Part shown: in pieces, positions 27,905-40,700 of the stretch
Position numbering within the stretch: the first letter of the stretch is position 1
How the letters are laid out: each line of letters begins with the position of its first letter
Assembly (NCBI RefSeq): GCF_018977255.1
Contig: NW_024704743.1
Span: forward strand, 72,914,001 to 72,978,000
Length of the DNA stretch: 64,000 nucleotides
Source of the DNA: Callorhinchus milii
Lineage: Eukaryota
Direction of reading: 5' to 3'
Notes under the pieces: generated by a model
What the model saw: the letters and a program-made list of their open reading frames with translations, nothing else
Database searches by the model: none
What the model was told of the DNA's origin: nothing
Position numbers and translations under genes: made by a program

Positions 27905-29215
27905 CCAACAACAACATCATATTTGTATAGCACCTTTCACATTGGGAGGACGTCCAAAGGTACCAGACAGTTTTCGGACCTGAGCTGGGGGTCGGGAAGG
28001 GTGGAGGGCAGTGGGGGAAGGAGGGAGACCGATGACATGATCAAAGAGGAGGGTCTTGAGACAGGCCTTGAAGGAGGCAAGGGAGGGGCGAGGCAGAGGG
28101 ACTGTGGGATGGAGTTCCAGAGGGTGGGGTGGGCAAAGCGGGGGACATAAAGCAGGCCAGAGCCCGCTGAGTGGAAGGTTGGTGAAGATTATGGGGTCGC
28201 AGAGGTAGGGGATCGCAAGGCCATGGAGGGCTTTGAAGGTGAAGAGCAGGATCTTGAACTGCAGCCTTTGTGCAATGGGAAGCCATTGGAGCTGGGCGAG
28301 AATGGGGGTGATAGAGCTGTGGAACCTGGTGCAGGAGCGGACATGGGCTGCAGAGCTCTGTTTGATCTGCAGCTTTTGGAGGGAGGAGTTGGGGAGGCCG
28401 ACAAGCAGGGAATTTTTTAATAGTCGAGCCTGGTTGTTATGAATGTGTATACGAGGGTCTCGGCAGCCTGTGGTGTGAGACAGTGGCGGAGCCGGGCGAT
28501 GTTGCGGAAGAAGGCAGAGCGGGTCATGGCGCAGATGTGGGGTAGAAAGGATAGCTGAGGGTCAAACAAGACCCCAAGGTTCCGGACTGGCTTAGCAAGG
28601 TGGAGTGTGCATCCATGGATGGTGAGGCTGTCAGTACCTGAGGTGTGGAGGTGCTGACGGGAGCCAATCAGGAGGGTCTCGGTCTTGTTGACCTTCAACT
28701 GAAGAAAGTTAGCTCTCATCCAGGACTTGATGTCCGAAAGAAATTCTGTCAGGACAGCCGTGGTCCCGGAATCAAGGGTAGAGGCAGAGAGGTACAGTTG
28801 TTGTGGAAATTGATCCCATGTCTGCGGATGACATTACCAAGAGGAAGTATATAGATATTGAATAGAAGGGGACCAAGGACAGAGCCCTGAGGAACACTGC
28901 ACGAGATGGTGCGGGGGCTAAAGGAGAGGCCGTTTGTAGAGATGAAGTGGAAGCGGTGTGAGAGGTACGATCTGAACCATGAACAGAACTATGAAGGTTG
29001 AGGTGAAAGGTGGAGGATGATAGAATGGTCAACGTTATCGAAGGCCGCAGAGGTCAAGGAAGACAAGGAGGCAGAGGGAGCCCTGGTCACAGATGGACAA
29101 AATGTCATTTGTCACTTCGACCAAAGCTGTTTGTGTGTGTGATAGCACGGAAACCCGATTGGAGGGGTTCGTGAAGGAGTGGCCGGAGAGAAAAGAGTGA
29201 AGCAACAACTCAATC
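27905..29215 (-). mobile_element. Degenerate L2 (LINE2) 3' half: reverse-transcriptase remnant plus 3' tail
   Basis: Minus-strand peptides [59 protein letters not shown]. Frameshifted, and the YADD segment is missing. Ends in an (TTG)n tail. Confidence 0.9.
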
Positions 29216-29310
29216 CAAGACCTTGGAAAGGGAGGTTGCAGAACTTGGGATTGGATCACACAATTGTCACCAGCCTGGAAGATTATAACATAAGTGTATG
29301 AAACAAAGAT

Positions 29311-29868
29311 CATAGAATCATAGAATTATACAGCACAGAAGGAGGCCATTCAGCCCATCGTGTCTGGAACCGGCTCTTTGAAAAGAGCTATACATATCCA
29401 TCCCTTTCCCCCGCTCTCTTCCCATAGCCCTGTAAACTTGCCCTCCCCAAATATTTATCTACATCTCTCTTAAAAGTTGTTATTGAATCAGCTACCCTTT
29501 CCGGCAATGCATTCCGGATCCGAACTCACTGTGTGAAAACATTTCTCCTCACCTCCCATTTCTTTTAACAACTATTTTAAATCGTTGTCTTCAGGTTACC
29601 AACTCACCTACCAGTAGAAATAGTTTCTCCTTGTTCACCCTTTCGAATTTCCTCATAATTTTGAAAACTTCTATTAAGTCTCCTCTTAACCTTCTCTGTT
29701 ACAAAGAGAATAATCCTAGCTTCTCTAGCCTCTCCTGATAACTGAAGTCCCTCATTCCTGGTACCAACCTGGTAAATCACCTTTGGCCCATCTCCAATGC
29801 CTTGACATCCTTCCTAAAATGTGGTGCTCAGAACTGAACACAGTACTCTAGCTGAGGACTAACCAGGC
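29311..29868 (-). mobile_element. CR1 LINE 3' fragment
   Basis: Typical CR1 end (catagaatcatagaa...cagcacagaaggaggccattcagccc on the plus strand); homologous to the plus-strand copy at 6190-6537. Confidence 0.85.
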
Positions 29869-30070
29869 CTAATATATTTCATTATTTCTAGATAGGTAGT
29901 TAACCAGTGACAAAAGGTAGAACATTTTGGGAATCAGAGACCATAAGGTAATTTAGTTGACAATAAGAACAGAAAAAGGTAACAAGGGTTCAAGGATAAA
30001 GATATTGACTCAAAGAAAGCAAATGATCAAATACACTACAGCTCCACTCTGTTGGAACCATAGCTGAGTG

Positions 30071-30378
30071 GAGTCCTGTGACTCAGTGGTTAGAGCACTT
30101 GCCTCGCAAGCCAGAGACCTGGGTTTGATTCCCAGCAGGGCAAAACCTTGGACAAATTTCCTTACTCCACATGTCTGATAATAATCCCACCTGATAATAG
30201 AAATAACAATAATAATTGGGTCACTCAATCCACGACTGTTTGTGGGACACTGCTGTGCGCAATTGGCTGCCGCATTTTGCCCACAAATATACAGTCAATT
30301 TACTTTACAGTATATTCTGTGAAGCGCTGTGAGACACCTCGAAGACGCTATATCAAATGCAAAGATTATTATTATTAT
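30071..30378 (+). mobile_element. tRNA-derived Deu-domain SINE, short subfamily
   Basis: High similarity to 25720-26029. Confidence 0.9.
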
Positions 30379-30633
30379 ATAGCCATGGAATCTGTGGAAT
30401 GCAACTTCTGTATTCAGGGGTGAATAATGTTAAGATTTCTGATCACAAGTTTTAGTCAACTGCCTTTGAGGGAGCCCAGGAGGAATTTTAGTTCTCACTT
30501 CTTGCAGAAGTTCTTTATGCAAAGGATTGCGAGAATATCAGAAACTGTAGTTGAAGCAGAAAGAACGCATCATTGTAGACACTGCATAAATTGTACAAAA
30601 AAGGAATGAATATCCAAAACTATTTTGTATGCA

Positions 30634-30770
30634 TTTATTTTAATGATCGCATCAAAGAGAGCAGGAAACAATACAAGTATAAACCAGGTAGATTTGAAAA
30701 TTAAATGCAGAAAGTTCAGATGACATTACATAGAACTGATCACATTTCTCAATTAATTTGGCTTTTTATT
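30634..30770 (-). terminator. Candidate polyadenylation signals of the PTTG1IP-family gene
   Basis: AATAAA on the minus strand at 30770-30765 and 30639-30634, about 0.9-1.05 kb after the stop codon in AT-rich sequence. Which site is used is unknown. Confidence 0.4.
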
Positions 30771-31687
30771 TAAACTGATATCACCAATAAAAGGATAAGT
30801 ATACCTGTCCTTATTAATTGTATTGCAAAACTAAACAAAAATCAGAGCAAAATATATAATTTGTCATTGGATTTACAGTGTATTTAACTCCTGAAGAACA
30901 TACCCTTTTCACCATCACCTACACAACTTTGAAGATGTTACAAAAAGAAATCTTCTGGGATTGAAAATCTTAATTAGGATATTGTTGAATTTGGGGTATC
31001 TACCAGCAATACCCTGAAGCAAAGCTAAATCCATGCGCAGTATGTAAAGAACATAATACCTATATGTGTAACAACCTATACTTTGCCACTTCAGAACATC
31101 AAGGACATACCAACACAATTGTAAATGGTCGCAGTTTTTTGTAAATACAAGACATTATACTCACTAACACATATGCTGGTTGTATTCAAAATAATTTTCA
31201 GTTAAGTCAAGTGCAACATTCTGGAATACAATGCTAATGCTTTAAAACAATCTCAAATTACGATTTACATTCAGAGTCTAAAAAAATGTTACCATTTAAT
31301 TTCTTCCCTCCATTACCAACACTATATAGATAAGGTACATGTGGTTATCCAGATAAGGCAAAACTTTCATTGGTCTCCATATAAAAGCACAATTTTCACG
31401 ACTTGGTGCTAAGTAATTAAATGTAATATACAGCATCAACGTAAAAAAACCACACAATTTGGCATCGCTATACTGGCAGTCAGTTAGAAATTCAAGGCAC
31501 TTATTCTAGATTGTACATTTATAAATTGTATTGAGGAATGGAGTAAAAAGTGGCTTATTCTATAACTCAGTGTTAATATGAATAGTAGATAGGAATGTTT
31601 TAACATGAAAAATAACAAGCTTTGAATATCAGATGGAAATAATTGCTGTAAATCACATTTAAAAAATCATAGAAACTTTGAATCTCT

Positions 31688-31737
31688 TCATTCGTTCTCA
31701 AATTTGTTGTAAGGCTGCTCAGAATTCTGAAGGAGAC
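31688..31737 (-). CDS. PTTG1IP2: PTTG1IP-family last coding exon ([15 protein letters not shown])
   Basis: Acceptor tttctgatttcag; TGA at 31690-31688; C-terminal YxxF motif (YNKF). Confidence 0.92.
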
Positions 31738-34700
31738 CTGAAATCAGAAAGCACAAGTAGTTTTGCATGCAAAACAACGTATTGGTTAAGGACAAGAATT
31801 GTATAACACAATTAAATGCAACATTTTGTCTGCAAGAGAGTATTAAATGGTTATTTCCCCCTTTCTATCCTTCCATCTCAAAATGCTGGGGAAAATGTAA
31901 ATGCTGCATATTTAATGGTAATCAGAGTAAAACATCACAGCAATCTTAAACAGGAAAGGGAGCGAGCAGGAGAATGGGATTAAATTGGTCATTTTCAATT
32001 TACGACTGTTTGTGGGACACTGCTGTGCGCAATTGGCTGCCGCGTTCGCCCACAAATATACAGTCAATTCACTTTACAGTATATTCTGTGAAGCGCTTTG
32101 AGACGTCTAGAAGACGTGAAAAGAGCTATATCGAATGCAAGGATTATTATTATTATAAAAACACCAGCATAGACTTGATGAGACAGATGGTAGATTTGTG
32201 CTGCAACATTCTACATTCCAAGGTCATGCCCACTTACATATAATATAAACGCATCAGCAGCTAGTTCATTATAATGAAAAACAAAGGATGAGAATATCAT
32301 TTATATTTTTCAGGGATGTGAACATTTAGAATGCATTCTGCTGAAAGAATTATGAAACATCTGGGGTTAGTTCAGTTTAATAGGTAGGACTCTTGCCTCT
32401 GAATCGGAAAATTTAAGGCCAAGCACCAAGTCAACACTGGAGTTCAGTCCAGGCTGACCTCTACTTCAGTACTGGGGAAATGCTGCATTGCTGGAGGGGG
32501 TATCCTTCAATGAGACTTTAAACCAAGGTCCCATCTGTTGGTTCAGATGAATGCTGAAGGTCCATAACATTACTTGAAAAGAGAATGCCTTTTCTCTTAG
32601 TATTCTCTCCAACCATCTTCCCGATAAATTAGGAACTCATTTCAGGGTTGTTTCTTTGGCTATTCTATGCGCAAATTGATGGTGACATTTGCCTACAAAT
32701 AGTTAATATACTTTACAACCATTGTGTGTGAAATGCTTTGAAATGTTTCAACAGTGTTGGTGTTATATCAAATGCAAGGATTATTTGAGAATAAAGCTCA
32801 TAGTATGCCTTGTTACATTGTAGATTCGCTATTACTATAGCATAAATTCACTTATAATGCAGTGTCACTGTGGAACCCATTTAAAACACATATGTGCAGG
32901 GGTCTCACTTGTTTCTTGTTCACTGGCTGACTTTGATTCATTGGGTCTCCATCACTTCCCGCTTGCTGCCAAAAGCATGAAGTGACGGCAATGGCGACCC
33001 AATGTCCAGGCTATCTACTATTTTACCTTTACACACACACACACGCGCGCGCACGATTTTTGGATCATTAGGTTGCTGCTAATATTAATTCCCACTCTGG
33101 ACAAAGAACAGAAAATGATGTTGCAGTGATTTACTGGCCCGCAAGACAGCCATTTTTAGCACTTCCTGTCCTGCCAGTTGCAAGCATGCAAAGAAAAAAC
33201 AGCTGTCACGCTTACATCGGGATCTTACGGGAAGTGCACTGTACTGTATATTACTATGCTGCGAGACCAACTATTTCCTGATTAGATTCAAGACTCCATT
33301 TTCTAAAGTGGATGTTTGTTTAATGAGCGACACTCTCCATTGACTTCCATACATCATTCATTAATGAAGCAATACAAATATATCCTATTAATTAGAATGC
33401 CCTATGTTAATTGGAATGCCTCGGTGAAAAACCCATTAAACATCTCTCAAGAGTTTAGATTTCCTGGGTTAAATGAAATAAAATGTTTTGTACCATTGTG
33501 TTTAATCCACTCATTTATATTAAATATATGTTAATCTAAGTACATAACTGCAAAATTTCTACTGAAATACTCAACAAGAGATAAGTAGAAAGTTCAACTG
33601 AAAGACCACAAGGTGAGAAGCCCAACTTCTTGGAAAGAACAGTATATACCAGAAATAGGAAGTCAATTCACCATTCAGAAAGATTTAAAACGTTTTTCTA
33701 AACTCTAAAGCAATTAAACTAAATATTCTAGAGATCCTATCAATACAAATATCCAGCCTATAACATTACTCTCCAGTTCAGTAAATGATGCAGTATGGAG
33801 TTCTGCAGAAGTTGGACTCCAGAATTTTAAATACTGTAAAACCGAACACATAAATTATTACATCATGATTTGATGCATGCCCAAAAGCTTGGGAGCTCCA
33901 TATACAGAGATTCTGTGTTACATAAATTCACAGGTCCAATGTTTTTACCAGTTCTTAAGAGTAAGTAATAACATTGTATGAAGGCTAATCCATTAACATG
34001 GGTCACTTATCTTTGCTTGAAATAAACATGGGTTTAGTCGTTTGAAAGAATTTTAGGAGAGATACCAAGAAGTATTTACATAGAAGCTAACAAACAACTG
34101 CAAATGATTACCAGGATGGGCAAACCCAGGATACTTGGATTCAGTATGATAGTGTAGCGGGAAGCTGCAAGGGTTGGTCTTGTGGAACAATTGGATCAAA
34201 TGAAAAAAAGGCTTTTTTCATTCAAAACCTCTTATGATTACATAGACAGAAGACATTATTAGCAAAATGTTATTTTTTTGATTTGATGAAGGAAATTGCC
34301 TCCAAGACTAAAACATTAGTAGCTAGCAAGCCAGGAAGTCCTAACTCTCAAACTGGTATTTTTTCCAAAAATATAATTTGAAGATTTCAACAGGTGGAAT
34401 TAAGATGGATATTACATGAATAATAATATTCATTGATCCTGGGAGCTCTGCTACAATACTTTTTACTTCATTACTAATGCGCAGTATTAGCAAAGCACAT
34501 TGGTAAAAAGCACATATTGGTAAAAATGAAGTACACCTCCGTCTGAAAACCTTTACTACGAGGTGATGCACTAACTATTTCAACAGTTACTTGAGGCAAT
34601 ATTTAGTGCAACAGAATATTTCATAGTTCAGATAATTTTTCCCTCATCAAAAGAATCTCCAGTATACACTGACTATCACAATACCCCAAGGACAATGCAA

Positions 34701-37700
34701 AAACAACCAACATCTGCACCACATAATAAAATGTGTAATTACCATTTAAATGGAGTGAGGAAAGCTAGAGGATGACATACAAAGAATTTTCTAACAAATG
34801 AACAGTGAGTTAACATTTCATGCATGTTCATAGCAACCAACAGTGGCAAGATTGAAAAGCCAATGCCATTCTGCCATTCATTAATTTCTCTCTCCTTTCC
34901 CTCCCACCATTTTAATACTGAACCTTTTTAACCTCCACATCTTTATATGTTGAATCGGGCAGTACAGCCATCAATCAATTTCATATTTTGGGAAATTTTA
35001 TTTTTTCAGCAGTTAGAATAAGTTAACCTTGCAATAGAATCACAGAATGCTTCCAGCACAGGAAGTGATAAGTTGGCCCTTCGTGTCTGTGCTGTACCTC
35101 CACTGAAGTTACCAACTCTAATCCCATTCTCCTGCTCTTTCCTCATACTATTGATGATTTTTCCTTAAAAATATGTATCCAATTTAATTTTAAATGCTTG
35201 AACAGCCAATTGTGATAAGGCATTCCATATTTTAACAACCATCATTCAATAACAACAACTTGTATTTATACAGTGCCCCTCATGCAGGGTAGTATCTCAG
35301 TGTACTTGGCAATGGTGGAGCCTGACACTGAGCCAGGGGTTGGAGGTGACCGTAAGCACAGTCGAAAAGGAAGGTGTTCAGGTGTGACATGAAGGGGGCA
35401 AGGCAGAGGGACTGAGCAAGTATTCCAGAATTTTGGGGCACAGTGGCTGAAACTACTCATGGTGGAACCCTCCATGAGGGACAAGCAGGGGGCCGGAGCC
35501 AGTCGAGGCAGCGGGTAGTGGGTTGGGGAGTAAGCTGGTTGGAAGAGCTTGGGTGGTGCCAGGAACATGAAGGGATTTGAGGATGAGTATGAGAATCTTG
35601 AAATTGATCTGTTCGGTGATAGGGAACCAGAGAAACCTGCAAGAACTGGTGTGATGGGGGTACGGAGTTTAGTGCAGGTGAGTATATGGGCGGGTGAGTA
35701 TGTGAATTAACTGAATTTTATGGATAGTGTAGCTGGGGAGGTCACCAAGGAGGGCATTGGAGTAGTCGAGATGGGAGGTGATGAACGTACGGACGAGTGT
35801 TTTGGCTGCTTTGGGGTAAGGTACAATAGGAAGCGGGCAATGTGACGGAGGTGGAGGAAAGCAGTCGTGCTCAGGGACCAGATGTGAGATAGGAAGGACA
35901 GTTCAGTTGCTCTGAAGCATAACTAATTGTAAAAATCCAATCTCATTTTAAAAAACCACTAGTACAGATGAATGTAACATTGCAAAACAAAATCAATCAG
36001 GGAATAATTTGTCAACTAAGTTGTCGTGCTAAATTGCATGAGTCAAACTAAATCTGCCTGCAAGAGATATTCAATCTTAATTTATTCCCTTAGTCTAAAC
36101 CTAATTTAAAATACTGCAGCAATCACTAATCCTTCATTATCACAAAGGCTCTATTGAGTTTGTGTTGATCATAAATATACACAAAATATTTTTTTTTGGA
36201 ATTACATGTATTAGAAGCTGCATTAGAATAAACTTCCAATTCTGCACATCTATCGGTAGTACTAATAACAGATGTGAACTGATAAGACTTTACAAATGAT
36301 TAACGAAATTTGAGATGATGTTAGCTATCTTGAGGTTTTTTTTAAAAAAAATGCATTACTCTCTGCACGGAAGCACTCAAAGATTCACTTCCTCCCCAAT
36401 GCAACGTAAGATCTTATTTGTTCCACTTATGAGGTCGACATTGCTACCTGCTTTAGAATAGTGAGGAGAGAATTATAACAACAATAATTCTTGCATTTGA
36501 TATAGCACCTTATCACGTCTTTGAGACGTCTCAAACAGCTTCACAGAATATACTGTGAAGTGAATTGTATATTTTTGTAGGCAAAACTCAGCAGCCAATT
36601 GCACACAGCAATGTCCCACAGAGTCGTGGATTGAGTGACCATAGTATTATATTTATTTATTTATTGAAGGGATTATTACCCCCTGAAAAATGATCCGCCA
36701 ATCGACTAACAACCGGGTTCCGAATTACTGTTAGGTAAACTGAGGAATGTGGAGTAAGGAAATTTGCCCAACATTTCGCCCTGCTTGGAAATCAAATCCA
36801 GGTCCTCTCGCTTGGTAGGCGAGTGTTCTAACCAATAAGCTATAGGACTCCACAATATACTGCTCACTCTGTGCTCAGGTCCATCAGATTTCTACATATG
36901 CATATTTGGCAAGCTAATATCTGTTAAATACTAGTGACATTTTCAATATAAGTAAAAAAAGACTGTCTGGCAACTTTGCGTCTATGGTTATGCTGTATCC
37001 AGTACAAACCAAATACTGTATCATTACTTCTTCAAAGTGCATTAGTTAAATCATATGAATCCAAGATTGCTAAATAAAGCTGAATTTGTACTCCAGAAAA
37101 AAAATTAATAATACATATGAAAATGTGCAGTATTGTCTAAATGCAACAATCCTGCGATAGTCAAGAGGATGGGTAACTGACCTGTTCCCAACCTTCCAGG
37201 AAGAGAAGAGAAATTGGTGGTTGAGGGTGGGGGGAGGATAAAGAAGTATCTTGTTTATGCACAACCCTCCTAGAAGAACCCTGATCTTATCCCACTCCAA
37301 CCACCCAACCTCTTCATTCTGTCCTCAACCTTCAAAATTGACATTGGTTAACATAAAAAAAACTACAGGAACTCTCAATTTCTGATCCTTTTCATCATCC
37401 ACCCCCTTTTGGAGGAGAGAATTCCAGATTTCTACCACCCCTTGAGTGAAAAAAACGCTTCCTGATTTCACTCTTAAATGGCCTGGTTTTCTATGCCCCT
37501 TGTTTTGGATTCCCCCATCAGAGGAAATAGCTTCTCTGTATCTACCCTATCGAATCCCTTTATCATCTTAAATACCTCAATCAAATCACCCCTCAACCTT
37601 CTAAACTCAAGCAAGTACAATCCAAGTTTACGCAGCCTTTCCTCGTAACTTAACCCTTTTAGGCCTGGTCATATTCTGGTGAACCTGGGCTTCACCCCCT

Positions 37701-40700
37701 TCAGGGCCAACTTCAGAGTCCTGTAGCTCAGTGGTTGGAGTACTCGCTTTGTAAGCGAGAGACCTGGGTTCGATTCTCGGCAGGGTGAAACCTTGGGCAA
37801 GTTTCCTTACTCCGCACACCTGATAATAATCCCTCAAAGAAAAAAAAAATTGGTCATTTTAATGCACGACTGTTTGTGGGGACCCTGCTGTGCGCAATTG
37901 GCTACCGCGTTTCACCCATAAATATACAGTCAATTCACTTTACAGTCTATTCTGAAGAGCTTTGAAATGCTTAGAAGATGTGAAAAGCGCTATATCAAAT
38001 GCAAGGATTATTATTACTATCCTCATGAAAAATTTAAGTGGAAAGAAGTGGAGGAAGAGAAAGACATTTTATAGAGCCTTATTATGACAAAACATCTTGA
38101 AGCAAAAAAAGTTTCCCTAAGAAGCAAGTATAACTGATGTGTGTATATTCCAAAAGGATGAGAACAAATGGATCTATAGGCTTCTTCATCCATACCTCTC
38201 TTGTCGTCTGATGTAATCATTATCAAGTGACTGATCCTGGAACCAAAGAGCAACTTTTCCTCTAGTTAGCACTATTGACACTGAAGGTCTTCCAAGAGAC
38301 CATGATGTTTAAACTGAAAATGGAAAGTTTTGAAACTCCTCATTCAGGGTCAGGTCATTCGACAGAAGCTGACTTGAAAGTAATGTGGGATTTTCTCAAA
38401 TGGAGATTAAACATTGAATGCTGAAGTGTGCTTGGCTAGTCTGGTTTCAGAACAATGAATTCTTTAGCCATTAAGGGATATACATTTCTGGTTATTTTTG
38501 CATAACTGTGGGAATGAGGGAGTGAAATATATATCTGGCACGCCACAAAGCTCAGAGAAAGCATTTTTATTGAAGATAGGATTTCAAACAAATGCACAGC
38601 CACTCTATTTACCGGGCAATTTTAACTTTATGAAACATATTTGAAACCCTTCATTAGATTTTGGAGCAAGTAACTTATTTGGTAAAATGATACAAATGCA
38701 TTGGATAAACCACATTTTATGTACAGTGTAACTACCACAAATTAATTATTTAATAAGACTTTGACATACCATACTTCCTGCGAATTTCATCATATTGCAT
38801 TTTTCTTTCAGCCTTTCTGTAAAAGAAAAAGATCATTAGAATTTCAATCCAAGAGAAGCGTGGCTTAAACGTCCAAACAAAAAAAAACTATCTTAACCAC
38901 TTAATGGTCCATATGTAGAAGGGAGCATTTAGGTCATTCCAAAAGGAAAGAAACTTAATTGGTTCCATATTTGCTATGGGAATATACAAGTGCATAACTA
39001 CATGTTTATTAAAAATAATAATCATGTGATCCAGGATACTGTGAACCACTTTCAAGGGCAAACTAAACAACATGCAAAAATGCAATGGAAAGATTCCACA
39101 AATAAAAACGTGGGTTTTAAAGAAAGGGCAATTTTTTTTAGTGAACCTCCACCATACACTGTGACAATGTAACTCCTTTGCTTACACATGTACAATGACA
39201 GAGCAATCCATTTACGCTGGATACATTATATAGTAAAGCATGATCATCTTCAAGCGCATTGGCTTGCCATTGCCATCGATATAAAACAGTGAGTATTCTC
39301 AGCATGGTTACTTCTCCTCGGTTACATGAAGCTGATCCAAATCCCAATAGCAGAAACGCTCCAGAATGACAAAACCAAAATTAATAATCCAGAATGACAA
39401 GACCAAATTAATACAGTGCAGCCCTGTTATAATGTCTTAGTTATAGTGCTGGTTTCCTGATAGGCCAGGTTAGAAAGTGCATTGGATTTCTATAGACCAC
39501 CCCACCCCCAATTACAGGACTGCCCTGTGCTTGGATGACATTTTACAGGGCAACACAATGAGTTTCCTCAGGACCAATGACAATAAACAACCCCAACAAG
39601 GTAAGGATGCTCACCCAGCCCCTTTAGATGACGAACAGCCTTTAAAGCATTCCAGGGAATTATTCTACTTGCAATACAAGTGGGCGAAATAGAACATGCT
39701 TACATTTTAAGATGTCAGCAGATAAAATACTTCAGTTCTAAAAGAGTTAAATGCAATAACGTGTATCAATTACTATAGTATTCTGGGTGATTTCAAAGTC
39801 CATTTAATTATTTTATCTTCAAATATTGACCAAATTCTGTTTTCGATAACTATCTTCAGATACCAAGTAGATCAATTTTCTAAAATGCTGTAAAATTTGG
39901 CATTTGAAAATAATCCAGATTACTATCCGCAATTATGAAAATAACTCCCACAATGGAAATGACCCCTTTGCTGAAGACCTGCAATACCCAAATTGCAATG
40001 CTCAATCAAGAATTAACTCGTCTGAAATGGGAATGCATGAAATAATTAGATGGAAATCGGTAAATGATCAAAGAATGAAGCATGAATAATCAACATTTGC
40101 TGCTTCAAGGTGAAAGTCTCAGTGCCATTAAAATCCATTCACTTTTCAGAGTTTATTATTATTTCTGAGACTCCAAATCTCACACACAAAGAATGAGATT
40201 CAAAATGTAAAACATTATTAATATAACCTCTACCTCATCTGTCCCAGTTTACGGTACTTCAGTGTTATGCCTAGAATCAAGTGACTCTTGTTAACAGTGG
40301 TGTGTGCTTGTAACTACTTTTTTCCAGGTCAGGATAATGGGATAACAAGTGGGATGAAAATTCCCACTTTTACTTTATTCCACTTGACTTGGTTCTATGT
40401 GTGGGAAATTCTTCTTGAACTATAATGTATACTTTTAACTATTATGCTACTTAGGACAATGGAGATTTAAATTCTGTTATCTTCATAGCTATGTGTGAAA
40501 TGCATTCGCTCCCCAGCCCCATATCATGCAAGCAAATTGTTGCCATAAACCTGACATTTCTGCTCTAGCTCTCAGATGTGCCACTGCTCAAAATGTAGCT
40601 CTTTGACTGACTACCTCATACCATTTTGCACATTCAATCATAGATACTCTCAGACATCTAGGCCAGTAGAGCAGTTTGGGAGACTGGTTCAAGGTGTCCT

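Noticed and set aside
28417..29313. Reverse-transcriptase-like ORFs as a functional gene
   Set aside because: Fragmented, frameshifted L2 remnant lacking the YADD motif.
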